This document shows, piece after piece, positions 1 through 12,260 of a stretch of 64,000 nucleotides of DNA. Made by a program: the position numbers and the translations under genes. Source of the DNA: Vitrella brassicaformis CCMP3155 (Eukaryota > Protista > Chromerida). Positions within the stretch are counted from its first letter, which is position 1. Every line of letters begins with the position of its first letter. The notes beneath the pieces were generated by a model. That model saw only the letters and a program-made list of their open reading frames with translations. It was not told the origin of the DNA and ran no database searches. The DNA lies in contig CDMY01000055.1 in NCBI GenBank assembly GCA_001179505.1, positions 1 to 64,000 of the forward strand, read 5' to 3'.

Positions 1-603
1 CGATCTCTGCTGACGAATTGGACATGTGGAGTGTGGCCGTCGCTGGGCGGCCGTCAGCCAGCAGCAGAGAGGGGCTATCGGATCGGCACTAGCAGGCCGT
101 TTCGTGTGGTGCCATATGGGGATTTGCCAGACGGCCATCCTTATGCTGAGGGGTACAATGAACGCGATCCAGTCGTCGGAAACGGCTCCTTCTATCGCTC
201 CTTCACAGCGAATCTGCTGTCTCTCGTGGCCAGACATGGGCTGGGGATGAAACCGGTGGTGTCTGCTTTCATCGCTTTATTTGACGATCGGTGTGAATCT
301 CTGCTGACAGCTGATGACATCCCGGAGTCGGAGGGGATTGTGGCCGACTGTGGGGACTGGCGTCGTGTGATCGTAAGCGGTTTCCGACCTGGCGACACCG
401 TGGTGGCCTATGTGTGGCTGTTGGGCGTGAGTCCGTTCTTTTTCTACACCACCGAGCCACCTGCCAGTGATGCACCCGTTGCCTCCTTCGCCTCTCTGGA
501 TGTGCGGTACCCCATCTCAGTGCCCTTGTGGCGCAGCCTGCTGAGGCGATTCGACCTCGAGAGCGACGTCATCAGACGAGGGAGGATTCTGTCTGGGGAG
601 TGA
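1..603 (+). CDS. 3' end of a diverged member of the lineage-specific expanded family also at 13087, 31781 and 56083 (truncated by window start)
   Basis: Frame is open from base 1 to TGA at 601-603. It shares the C-terminal domain motifs of the other three copies: YRIG..F.VVP..DLP..HPY...Y.E.DPV, SFT..L, D.R..SLLTA..I, G..PGDT.VAY.WL, TTE.P, RYP..V...R.LL....LE..V. Confidence 0.75.
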   Translation, partial: RSLLTNWTCGVWPSLGGRQPAAERGYRIGTSRPFRVVPYGDLPDGHPYAEGYNERDPVVGNGSFYRSFTANLLSLVARHGLGMKPVVSAFIALFDDRCESLLTADDIPESEGIVADCGDWRRVIVSGFRPGDTVVAYVWLLGVSPFFFYTTEPPASDAPVASFASLDVRYPISVPLWRSLLRRFDLESDVIRRGRILSGE

Positions 604-2412
604 TCGATCGACTGCATCCATGAGTAGTGAGTGGTGTGGGCGGAAGGGCGATGGGTTGGCGATGCATGTGATGTTATGTGAAGTCAAGGACATACTATGC
701 GGCTGTGTATGAGTAGGCATCCGCTGATAATGCTGGTTGCGTTGGTTGGTTTGGCATGGCCGGACGGATGAGTCAGATGTTTATCAGTATGTGTGCATCT
801 GCATGTCTGTGTGTGTGCCTGTGTGTGTGTGTGTCGTAGGTGTGTGCATGTCTGTACAATGGCTGCGTGCACGTGGCTTTGTGAATAGTGAATAGATAAT
901 CAATCGCATACGTTTGCCACACACTCACACCGACATATGGCAATGCACTGCAAAACTTCAAAACCACACCAAGCCTGGAGACCATATATATCATGATGAG
1001 AAACTCACTTATCGTCACGCTTTCATGTCACACATCGATTCGCGTGGCCTGCTTGGTGCGACAGCCTCTCCAGTTCTCGCGCACAGACAGCACATCTGAG
1101 TCCTCCACCGTGTGCACACCGATCCCATGCATTGAATGCAGCTGGCTCGTCGGAGAGAGACCTGCTGACACCTTTACTCAGGGAACGAATATCGATGAAT
1201 GGACGTCACTGATTGAGTGCTTCGCTTCCCTCTACGGCTGTGCTCGTCACGTCCATCCATGGATGCATCCATTCATCGTCAGGCTTGACGGACGGGGTAA
1301 CGCAGACGTAGTGGTCAGGAGATAGCAGATCGGCTACTTTTGGCTTGCACACAAGGCCGGCCCTGCAGGGGTGGTTCTTGTGACGGCAGCCGGATACATA
1401 CATGGTGCATACACCCATACATACATATGTACATACACCCATTGCGGCGGGCCACTAATTGCCTCACTCAAAGGTCGGCTGGACGGACCATACATAGGTG
1501 TAATGACCCACTACACACCCTCATCTCGTGGCCAGCCTGGCCAGGATCACGGCCGTCTCCCAAGCGAAGCAACACAGGAAGGTTGTCTGCAGTGATGCAG
1601 TGATTCACTGAATGAATGAATGAATGAACGAACGAATGACAATGATCCATCATTGATTGACTCATTGCTTGACTGACAAGCGCACACTCGTGTGACTCGA
1701 CTGGCGCCGCGTCACTGCATGCAGAATGGTAAGGTGATCCGTTCGTTTCTTGCAGCCAGCCGATTCCTGGCCGTAAACGGAGCTGGAGGAAGGATAGGAT
1801 ATTGGGAAGGAAAAAGGAAAAAGGCGGGGAGGGCGCATGCGTGTGCCGGCTCGGTACGTGCAATCGTTTGTGCAATTTTGGATGGTTGTGTGGCCCCCGC
1901 CACTCAGATACACACATCGCCCAACACATGTACAGCACAACACACATCGCGAAAAATGGGCCAGCAGAGTCTTCCCCACAGATGCTCTCTTGCGTTCAGA
2001 TGATCCCAGCATCTCAGTCGTTTATGTGTGTCATTCCTTCACAAGCGATTTGTCTGTACATCAACCATGGCCACACACCATCCATCTATCCATCCATCAG
2101 CATTGGTGCTTTAAGCCACGCCAGCAAGGGCCACGCCGTGCGCACCAAGCAACACATCACGCCGTCACGCTATGTGTCGCAACTCACTCATCGACAGATA
2201 TCCCCACATCACATCAGCAGCCAGCCAGACGGCCAGTCAGCCAGTCAGCCAGCTACGTCAAGCCCTCCCGATAGATGCGCTATGATCGATCTCCCACTCC
2301 TCTTGTCATCTGGACTAATCCGCCTCACTGCCAAGCCAACAGAGTATTGCGTCACCTACAGGCATCAACATAGCACACCCCCCAATCCTCGCGACAACAT
2401 AGACTCACTCAA

Positions 2413-3657
2413 CTAATCCCCACTCATCAAGGCCTCCAAGTGTGCACCGATAGCCCGATGATGCTCCTCCTCATCTATGTTCTGGTCCCTATCTGTTTGT
2501 ATCCGCATCAGCTCCTCATCTACATCTACCTTCCTCTTGAACTGCCACTCACCTAAATACTCGACCAAAAAGTTGGCCATTTCATGAATATCCATGTCCT
2601 GGCTCGCCAAAAACCGACACGACTTCTGAACTGTCTTCGTTCCGCCTTCTGCGAATTGCATTATCATCGCCCTCTTCCCATTGCATAGGACACCGACAGC
2701 GTCATCGTAGCTGAACTCCTCCGGAGGAGTCTTCCAGCTCCGCACAAGGAGCATCTCACCCCGCAGCTGTCTGGCATGCGCTGACAGATCTAAACAGTCC
2801 GCACGTTTTGCCTGGACGATAATAGCGCCACTCCGACAGAAGAACGGGGGGCCTGCGGTTTCCGCGCCATCAGGCAGAATGCAAAGATCCCCAGGAGTCC
2901 CTCTTAAAAACACCCTGCCGTATCTGGTTGTCGGGACCCGAACCGCGCTGGTGCCAACCTTGTTGTGTGCCGAGGCGACCGTCAGCTTGTCATTCCTCAC
3001 TTTGTTGGCCTCCTCCACGACCTTCGGCAACACCTTACTCAGCAGGTGGGCGGTCACCGGCTCTTGTTGCACCCGAGAGCCGGTGTAGGGAGGACAGGAA
3101 GTGGCGTTGAACGGGTGTGACGAGGGGGTGATGCGCTTGTATTCCGGAATAAACGGGATGTCACCGATGGCATTAAGCTGAGATACTGGCACAGTCTTGC
3201 GTTCGTCGTCATCGTCGGTGTCTGCAGGACGCTTTACGATACCTGAGAAGTGCACACACAAATTCACACACAAATTCACGCACCGCCCACACCCCCACAG
3301 ATACAGGCCCTCAGACTCAGAGCGAGTGGTTTTCTTCTCGAAGAAACGCTCACTTCTGCGCCATCGTATTGGTGTGTGTTCGTGCTGTCCGAGCGTGTTG
3401 AAAGTGGCGGCGACTGTGGCTGTCTGTGGGGGGAGAAAATCCGTGCCGCCCTTGTTCAGCAGCACAATCACATGGTGGCTAGGCAGCTGCCACTCCACTC
3501 GAATCGCCTCCAACAGATCAACGATATCTCTGACGGGACGTGGGATTCCTCGAGCTACGTCATGCTCGTGGTGCGGACCGTGCGGTTTGCCGTCTTCATC
3601 GACCTCTTGAACCCACAACGGACTCGAAAAACCCAAGAGTCTCCATAAGCACCTCAT
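2413..3657 (-). CDS. Putative Crinkler-related (CR) protein: ubiquitin-like header plus restriction-endonuclease-fold C-terminal domain
   Basis: 414 aa open frame, possibly with one in-frame intron near 3245-3295. N-terminal LWVQEVDEDGKP...VDLLEAIR resembles CR Ubl headers. C-terminal GTPGDLCILP...GAIIVQAK...AVGVLCNG resembles a PD-(D/E/Q)xK REase core. Motif recognition only. Confidence 0.5.
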   Translation of the reverse strand: MRCLWRLLGFSSPLWVQEVDEDGKPHGPHHEHDVARGIPRPVRDIVDLLEAIRVEWQLPSHHVIVLLNKGGTDFLPPQTATVAATFNTLGQHEHTPIRWRRSERFFEKKTTRSESEGLYLWGCGRCVNLCVNLCVHFSGIVKRPADTDDDDERKTVPVSQLNAIGDIPFIPEYKRITPSSHPFNATSCPPYTGSRVQQEPVTAHLLSKVLPKVVEEANKVRNDKLTVASAHNKVGTSAVRVPTTRYGRVFLRGTPGDLCILPDGAETAGPPFFCRSGAIIVQAKRADCLDLSAHARQLRGEMLLVRSWKTPPEEFSYDDAVGVLCNGKRAMIMQFAEGGTKTVQKSCRFLASQDMDIHEMANFLVEYLGEWQFKRKVDVDEELMRIQTDRDQNIDEEEHHRAIGAHLEALMSGD

Positions 3658-4360
3658 TACTCAGCAACTATAGATGCGCTCGATGTGGTGCGATGAGGGA
3701 GTGCACTTGTGAGCCTCTCTGCTGCAGATATCTGCTCGCTCTCCTCCTTTTGCGCTTCTAAGCTCGCATTCGTTGCGATCGGTGAGTCGAGAGGTTTTCT
3801 CCCATTGCAAGTGTGTTTTGAGGCGGCTGCCGTGCTCATCTGAACAGTAAGGACGCGTGGGGTTTGAGAACTCGGTGAATGCGGGGGAATGCTGCTGGTG
3901 TCAGGCGTCATTCATGTGTGCCGACCTGTGACACCACGCCACGCCCTGAGTGCATGGCGTGGCATGGCGTGTGTGAAAACTGCGTGTGCGGCACAGAGGG
4001 TATCGAGCAGCATGATGCTCTGTGCAGTGAGGTCACAAATCGTGCAACCGAGTGGAAAGGACTGGGAAAGGACGAACGAACCCATGTGTGTGAGTTGGCA
4101 GGAAGACAGAACTAATCGAATGAGATCAATCAAGTCAATATTCATGTCTGGCAAGATGGCCAAGAACCCACATATACACACAAGGAGAGAGGGGCACACG
4201 CACATGCATGATAGACACACACACATGGTGGGCGGTGCGTGTCTGTGGTGCAGGCAGGCATGACAAATACTACCGACGCAGCCTGCAATACGTACGTACC
4301 GTGCACAGTCCCCCCCTCTCCTTGGTCTCTGTCTTTCCATCTGTCCGTCTGTGCGTCTGT

Positions 4361-6276
4361 CTATCTGTCTCTGTGTACGTCCCATATGTCGAATGCCCTC
4401 AAGCTCATCTCAACGCCGCCCTGCACAATCCTCCGCTTCTTGGCCGCCCGCATGCGCATCGCACCGAACAGCTCGTCTCGTGCATCGCCCCCGCACAGCA
4501 GCCAGGCGCGGCCCCCTCCCGCCCTCTCGCACACAAACGCCCTCATCGCCTCCCACGACTCCCTGCCGTCACTGCTCAGCCGAATGTCCCACGGCGGATT
4601 GCTCACAATCACGTCGGGCTTGTCGCGGTGCGGCAACTGCAGATGGGCAATGTCGTTGTGGGAAAAGTGGATGTGGTCACTCACACCAGCCCGTCTCGCT
4701 GCGGGGCCATCGCAATGGCGCCCTCGTGCCGGTCGCTGCCGTAGATAACGACAGGCGCCTCGGCCCCTTCTGCTGCTGCTATGTCCCTCTCGCCCTCAAC
4801 AGATTTCCGCAACACCGACCGTCACACAAGCTCGTCGAAATCAGGCCAGCGGCAGAAGGGAAAAGGCCGCACCACAGGCGACATCATGCCATTGATGACT
4901 CCCTCGCCATCCGAATCATCCAAACAACCATCCAGATCGTCGCCATAATGGTCGTGCCGATAGTCTTCGCCAAGAGGGGGCCTCGGTGGCGCGTCGTAAG
5001 TCCTATGAAGGTGGGTGAGGAGGCTGACGGCCCGGCCCTCGGCGTCTGGGGCGACACGAGTCCCTTTGGTCCGATAGGGATCGACGTTCATGTCTGCGAG
5101 GAAGGTCTCGAGGCGGACGACGCCGGGCATTCGGCGGGTGGCCATAAGGGCCGCCTCGATGGGGATCGTGCCGGAGCCGCACATGGGGTCGAGGATCACC
5201 TGGCGCGACTGCGGGTCCCACTGGGATACATACTACATTCCTGACCACCCACACAAACACACAGGGGTCAGCTGATCGATGCTTGCTTCCTTCCCTCCGC
5301 TCCCCTCACCAGCAGCCATAGTCTCCCGCAGCGCCGCCTTGGGCATTTTCTTGCGGTAGCCCCTCTTGTGCAAACTCCGTGTACCCGACCAGGCCCGATA
5401 GAGCGTGCCCCTCCCCTGGTGCAGGTACAGAAACAGAGGCAGGTCGGGGTCGACGAAGTCCACCGACGGCCTGGCGCTCTTGTCGCGGCTGAGGAACTGC
5501 TTGACGATGGCGTCCTTGACGGTGAGGGCGGTGAAGTGGGTGTGCCTGAGGTCTGATGGGACGTCAGTGCCGAGAGTCACCTGCACAGAGAGGGTGTCCT
5601 GGACACTCATGTAAGGCCGCCAGTCGATGGAGTTGACCCAGCTCCACAGATCATCTCTTCTCCTCAGCTCCATCGGCCCGTCGATGCGCTCGAGGACACG
5701 CTGGCCGGTCCGCAGACAGACGGTAAGCCAGTAGGGCAGCTGCACAGCGGTGGGGATGTCCTTGCTGACCCACAGAGTGACCCCTCTCTTGGACTGCTTC
5801 GTCACCACAGAGCCGCCATCGAGAGCATCGTGGCCCCCAGGGAGCCGCTCAGTGATTCTCCTCATCTCCATCTCCACAATGGTCTCCAAGCCAGCCGCAC
5901 AAGGGACAAAGAACTCACGCATCGCAGTCGTATCGAAGGTGCTGTCCCGACGTGGTCTGCCAAAGGGCTGCCGTCGGCCCCTCTAAGCTCCCCTTCCGCC
6001 AATGGATCTCGCTGTGGGCGGTGAGCGCCGCCCTGCTGTGGCTGAGAGTGCCGTCGGTTGGCTGCCTGACCTGCAGCCAGGAGGGCCGCTGGAAGGGGCT
6101 GAGAATGCGCCATGCGGACGAGATCTCCCAGAAGCATCGACCATCGCCATCACGCTGAGCACCGCCATGAGTACTGGGATGCGCCGTCCTCCTGGGTGCC
6201 TCTTCAGCTGCTGCAGGCGGCAGATTGTCGGCGGTGGTTGAGTGTGCCTTTGCGAGGGCGGCGGGGCGAGATGCAT
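4361..6276 (-). pseudogene. Pseudogene copy of the THUMP/RlmL-type RNA methyltransferase
   Basis: Relative to the intact copy at 40570-42475 it has three nonsense codons: CAG>TAG at 5983-5985, TTG>TAG at 5233-5235 and TGG>TGA at 4822-4824. It also has a 4-bp deletion near 4703. Confidence 0.9.
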
Positions 6277-6520
6277 GGATCTAAAGGGTCGGGAAGCCTC
6301 AGCATGAGCCACAAGAACACAGTTGCCACAGCGTCGCTGGCGTCCAGCGTCCAGGGTTTGGGGTGTAGGCTTCGGCGGAAGAACAAGGAGGGGAGAAAGG
6401 GACCGGAGAGATGGGAGATGCTGGCGGAGATGGCGTCCACAATGATGCTGAAACGACGAGGCAGAGCTCCGCGATGGATGGTGAAGATCTGGTGACTCAC
6501 AGGTCACGTGAAGCTCAGTG

Positions 6521-7000
6521 ATGAGTGCGCCGTCGAGCACGACTGCCCCGTCGCTTCAGAGCCTGTTGGAGAGTCAGAAGGAGTGGGCCCGCGCCATAGT
6601 GTTCGACGGCAAAGGCCACATCATCGCCCGGACCAGCAGTGCAGCCGCCGTGCAGGAGTCGGAGATTCGGTCCTACCTGACCGCCCTGGACGACCGCGAC
6701 ACCACCATTGGGTCGGGCTTCGTGCTGGAGGGAGAGCGGTTCGAAGTACACCGCTTCCACCCGCCGCTCGTCTATGGTCGGCGGGGCGGCCCCGAGTACG
6801 GTGAGGGCATCGCACTGGCCAAGGGGACGGGCCGCAGTGGGGAGGTGCTCTTCTGTCTGATCACCTACACGCTGCCGGTGCTGTCTGCTCGTGCGGTGCC
6901 TCAGCTGGTAAAGTTCTTCAGGACCCATCTAGGTGACCTGCCGCAGTGGGAGGTGTCTGCCGTGGCGGGCCTGTCAGCCACCGAGGGAAATGGGGGATGA
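6521..7000 (+). CDS. Profilin-like protein, copy 1 (intronless, 159 aa)
   Basis: Profilin-type pattern: WARAIVFDGKG, GFVLEGERFEVHRFHPPLVYGRRG, GIAL, LITY and a C-terminal helix. One amino-acid difference from copy 2. Confidence 0.8.
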   Translation: MSAPSSTTAPSLQSLLESQKEWARAIVFDGKGHIIARTSSAAAVQESEIRSYLTALDDRDTTIGSGFVLEGERFEVHRFHPPLVYGRRGGPEYGEGIALAKGTGRSGEVLFCLITYTLPVLSARAVPQLVKFFRTHLGDLPQWEVSAVAGLSATEGNGG

Positions 7001-8859
7001 CGGCGGGGAGAGAGAGGGAGGGAGGGAGGAGGGGGGAGAGGGAGGGAGGAGGTGGAGAGATATATGCGCTGTTGACCATTTGACCGTGATGTATTGTGAT
7101 GAGGGAGGGGTACATGGCGGATGACAGCACTGGAGAGTGAATGAATGAATGTTCATTGGATTGTCAGACGATGGCTGGCTGCATCGATGTTTTCAGGAGA
7201 GGCAGCGAGTGGCGAAGCAGATCAAGGTGAGTGAGTGGGGGCCAACATAGGGAAGACACAAACAACATGGGTATGATGATGTATCTGTGCCTTTCCTTCC
7301 GTGCCCTCAGGAGAGGCAGCGTGGTGAAGCGGAAGGGAGTGCTGCCCGTGGGGCAACGATCCGCGCCAAATACGTCTGCACACTGCTGGGCGGCCATGAC
7401 GCACTCACAGGGTACATCCAGACACACAGACAGACCAAGCGACACCTGCGCATCGCTGTCACCTCACTCGCCTGTTTCCGTCTGTCTGTCTGTTGTCGTG
7501 TCAATCGCTTTAGGTTTGGCGCCATCGCACTCGACAACCACTGCCGACACCCCACAGACACAGACCAACGAGCCTTCCCACGTAGGCCTTGTAGTCGATG
7601 CCGTCACAAACAAGACACACGAGTGGGGCGAATGGATGTGTCCATTGCCTTCGTTCGTGCGGCAGAGGGGACGTGCGGCGGCCGACAGGATCTCAGCCTC
7701 CCGTCCTGACTGGCGTCACGAGCGAGTGACTGACTGAAGGATGGCCGGATGGATGGATGAATGGATGGGTGGGTGGATGCACCCTGACAGACAGACAGAT
7801 GATATCATGTGTGTGGTGTGTGGTGTCTGTCTGTCTGTCTGTCTGTCATGGTGTTTGCTGAGCGTTTCCTTAATTGCATCCTGCAATGCCATGAGTGTGA
7901 CTGACTTGGCTGCCATGGAATGAGTTGAGTTCATTGCAAAGGCACCTGTGAGACACACTGACATTGAGAGTCAATCCAGTTAACAAATTCTCAGTGTGGA
8001 GAGGAAGACCAACATACTGACACGCGCTCACATCGTTAACTCGACCGCCTCGCCACCAACTGCACACACAGAGGCAGAGACACCCGCATGACATCCGCAG
8101 AATCATCGATCACCCTGGGCCGGGCCAGGGAATCTCCCGGGTCGTGCCTCCATCTCCCCGCCTCCCTGCCTACCTACCTACCTACCTGTCTGTCTGTCTG
8201 TCTGTCTGTCTGTGTCGGCCTGACTGTCCAGTCACTCTCGTAATCAATCGAGTGCAGTGTATGTCTCCCCTCCCTTCGCCAGGATGACGGGCGAAGCATC
8301 CCAGGCCAGGCGCCTCTCGTCAGTCAGGAAATCAATGTAATGCCGCACCAGGCCATGGGGGTGCCCCGTCGACCACTTGATGAATTTCCATCAGAGGACA
8401 GCAGGCTCCACGTGGAAAGGATCAGTCACATGGCCGCCAATAAACACCGGCAATAAACAACAAGGCCTCGATCAGGAATATGTGGAGCAAGTGAATGTCA
8501 GTCCGCAGTATCCTCCATCATCATCGCCGCTCTTACATACCGATGGCCTCGGCACTCTCGGAACGAACAAGTGCGTGGCTGCGTGTTTGTCTTTGTGTGG
8601 TTTTATGTGTGCCTTAGATTAATGATATGCCCACCCACATGGCTGTCTGTCTGTCTGTCTGTGTGCGTTCTTCCCATCCGGGTCGGAAATTGCCGACCGA
8701 TACCCTCGGCTTCAATGGATGGCATGAGTGGATGGATTGTCCCTTGTCTGTCTGTCCGTCTCGCTGTCTATCTGTCTGTCCATCGGTTGTCAATCAGTCC
8801 GCCCAGCCACTCGCGTCTCTCAGTTACTCATGCAGCCACCGCCCGTCAGTCAGTCGCCA

Positions 8860-11800
8860 TCACTCCTTTCGCGCTTTCTTCCTTTGCTCGTCGCTACGAT
8901 CGTCCCTCTTTCTCTTCATAGCCGTCGGACGGGGCGGCGATATCGATCGGTCTCCTCCACTGCCGCAGAGGGGCATGCCATTGGGAGTGGCGGGACAGTT
9001 GGGAAGTGGTGTTTGAGGGAGGGCGGCCGCTGCAGCTGCTGCATAGGGTGGGCTCCTGTCAGAGCACAGCGCAGCACAGAATAGCAAGGGAGTCATGCAT
9101 ACTTGCTTGTGTGTCTCACGCCTCAGCCATCCCTCCCTCTGTGTGACGTACTTGTCGTCGTATCTAAGCGGCTCCTCATACATGTACTCATCGTCCCCGC
9201 CATCCATCCACATGTGTGGGGTTCTGCTCACCGCCGCGGCCGCTGCTGCTGCGGGGGGTGAAGGCTTCTTTTGGCTGCACAGCACAACACAACACACAAT
9301 GGGAAGAGAATCGACCAGAGGGCACTGATCTATGAGTTGATGTATCCTCTCTACCTGTTGTACTTTGGTGGCTCCTCGTACTCGTCCATTTCCTCGTCTT
9401 CAGCCAAATGCATTGACTCGCCGTCGAATAGCCACCTGCGTGGGGGGCTGTCCACCGGCTGGGCCGCCGCAGCGGCCGCACAGGGAAAAGGTGGCCTCTT
9501 CTCCTCCCTGTGAGTGCGACACACAAATGGAGATAAGAGAAAAAATGGGAATAGTTGCATTAGAGGGGTGTCTGTCTGCTGCAGTGGGGGGGTCTTCCTT
9601 CTTGCCGCGCATGTCTTTGTCCCCCACTCCATATGCCGTCTGGCGAGGCGGCGACACCCATCCGTCTCCGCCACCACCAGCAGCACGGCCCGTGTTGCCG
9701 AAGGGCGGCGACGCTCGATCGGCCGGAATGAGTGGCGGGGCCATAAGGGGTGGGAAGTTGACTGGCGAAGGCATCTCGAGAGGCAGGAATGGCGCAGGGG
9801 GCACATATGGCGCAGGAGCAGCAGCAGCAGCCGCTGCGGGCGGGTGAGGCCCGTCGGGTACGGCACTGCGACGCAGACGTGTCCTCTTGTCGAGCTCTCG
9901 CTGCTTGGCGGGGTCGCGATTGATCCGCTCCTGGTGAGCCGCCTTCAGCTGATAGACAAACAAACAGAGATGGAGTGTCTCAAAAGAGGCATCTCTTTCT
10001 TCGATCCCTCGTGTGTGCGTGTGTACCTCTTGGTGCGTGAGGGCGTCCTCCGGCTTGTACTGCCCGTCACAAAGTCGGTGTGCGCACTTGACGGCCTGTG
10101 CGTGCCGCCAGAAGGCCTTGTAGCCGCCATCTAACACGTACACCATCGGATAGTCCTCCTGCAGACAGACAGACAGACAGACAGACAAAGAGAGCATCAT
10201 GCTGCTTGGGGCTCAGTCTGTGAGGGTGTGGTCTTCTAACTTACTGAGCTGCCATGGCTGTCGCGGTAGTCGGTTATGGCTTTCATCAGATTGGGGCCCC
10301 GCTCCTGTGAGTACTCACAATGGACAATGACCACCTGGCACACAAACACACACACGTATAGACACAGAGATGCGGCGATGCATTCACACAAGTCTGTCTG
10401 TCTGTCTGTCTGTGTGGCGGTCTCTCTTACGTGGTTTTTGTCGTGCCGCGGCTGTCCATTTTCATCCCACAGCGCGTCGATGGCCTCGGCATTGGTCCTG
10501 GCGTGGATGGCCTTGCAGATGTGCCCGCCTGCCGACACACAAACACCGACAAGGGCTGTCCGTCGGATGGCGCCACACGGCCTCGTTGCTTCTTCTGTCT
10601 TTACCGTCGTACTCGGCCTCCCAGCGAGCGTCGAGGATGGTGTAGCCGGAGAAGCCCCTGTGGTCGAACTCACCCTGCAGGAACCTCGCCAGCTGACACA
10701 CACACAGAGATGGAGGCAGACAGAGATGGACTCGTGCTGTTTGTTTGCACGCCTTTCTGCAGTACTGACAGTGTCGGGGCTGATGCGCGGCCACCCTCTC
10801 AGTGGGGGGTGCTCCGCCGGCCTCATTGGCACATGCGGCAGACGAGGCACATCGCCGTCACCACGACGGACACTGAAGATGAACAGATAAGCGACGAGAC
10901 ATCAATCAGACAGGCAAGCAGCGCCAAGCACTGACTGCCCTTCTCCCAACTCATCCACTCACTTGGCCCTCTGCTGACACTCGAACGGCGTGTGCGGTGT
11001 GTGCGACCCCTCCCTGTTGATGGCCGCTGCCGCTGCTGCAGCAACAGGCGAGCCCTCTTTCTGCCTGCACAAACCCACACAACATGGCAGGACACAAGGA
11101 CAGGAACCAGTGGGCATTGGTCCATTGAGTGCTGTGTCTCCTCTAACTTGTTGTACTTTTCCTCCTGTTTGGCCAAAGACATCGAGTCGCCGTCGAATGC
11201 CCACCTGCGTGGGCGGCTGTCGGCCCCCGGAAGCTTCCCAGCGGCCGCAGCGGCCGCGTAGCGATAAGGTGACCCCTTCTCCTCCCTGAGTGCAACACAC
11301 AGACAGAGATGCAAAAAGGGACAACGTTGTCAGTGTGTTGTCAGTGTGTCTTACTTGGTGCTCCGCAGCTGCCCGTAGTGCCCCGCCCCCATCCCGCCCA
11401 TAGACACGTCTTGCTTCCCTCCACCCGCACCATCGGTGGCCATCTTGTGCTGATCTGTCGCTGAGGGCTTCAAGGCCGCTGCGGCCGCTGCAGCGGCCAA
11501 AGGCGCCTGCTTCTGCTGCCTGCATAGACACGAATGGACAAGAGACCGATGGCTGTGAGTGGCATGTCCTTCAAGTTCGAGCCCTTCGCCCTCTCTCGCT
11601 CACCTGCTGCGCCGGGTCTGACCGTCTTTGGCCTCGTAGCCCTTCCCCAGACTGAAACGCTTCTCGGCCCGCCCCGCTTTGCCCCGCTCCCCCTTGACCA
11701 ATCCCAATCCCAATCCCTCACCCATCGCCCCGCCGATGCCCACACCGACGTCACGCCTGTCCGCCCGCTGTTTGCGAGCGGCGAACAGCCTGTCTCTTTT

Positions 11801-12260
11801 CCTCTGCAGGGGCTCGGTGTCCTCCTGGTCATCGTAGGGCTCCATGAGGGCATCTCCTTTGTCGATGATCTCCTCCCTCCTTTCCCTCTTCACCGGCCCA
11901 CAGCGCTGGGCGGGCCGACTGGTGGGGTTCTTCTGGTCGGGGGCCGGTGCGGTCCGCTTCTTGCGCTCCTTGGCGGGCTTAGCGACACGCTCATGTCCGT
12001 CGGGATTGGCCAAGGGCAGCCGGACCTGGTCAGCTGGACGGCCGGACGCCAAGTGATGAGCTCCCGCGGCCTCGCTCTCAGACTTCTCGGCAGCCTAATC
12101 ACACAGACGGACAGACGGCAAGGACATCACAATGAGGCCATGCGCCTTCAGGTTGACGTGCGCTTCATGCTCAAGAACCGGTGAGACGCCACACGGCCCC
12201 CAACGGCGTGTGGCTGACTCTCCTTATGCTCACCTTCTGTGCGCGTGTCTGTACCACCAT
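8860..12260 (-). CDS. CDC25: Cdc25-type rhodanese-fold dual-specificity phosphatase, copy 1 (about 14 exons)
   Basis: Spliced model MVVQTRAQK...RISPDT|LARFLQGEF...YTILDARWEAEYDGGHI...VVIVHCEYSQERGP...YPMVYVLDGGYKAF. HCx5R active-site loop at about 10299-10322. One downstream donor reads GG instead of GT (9598-9597). Confidence 0.85.

Noticed and set aside
604-2412. Many 60-200 aa ORFs (for example 1802-2416) between the first two genes
   Set aside because: Their composition derives from CA/GT/CATC microsatellites. No motif or consistent splice pattern was found, so the region is treated as intergenic.
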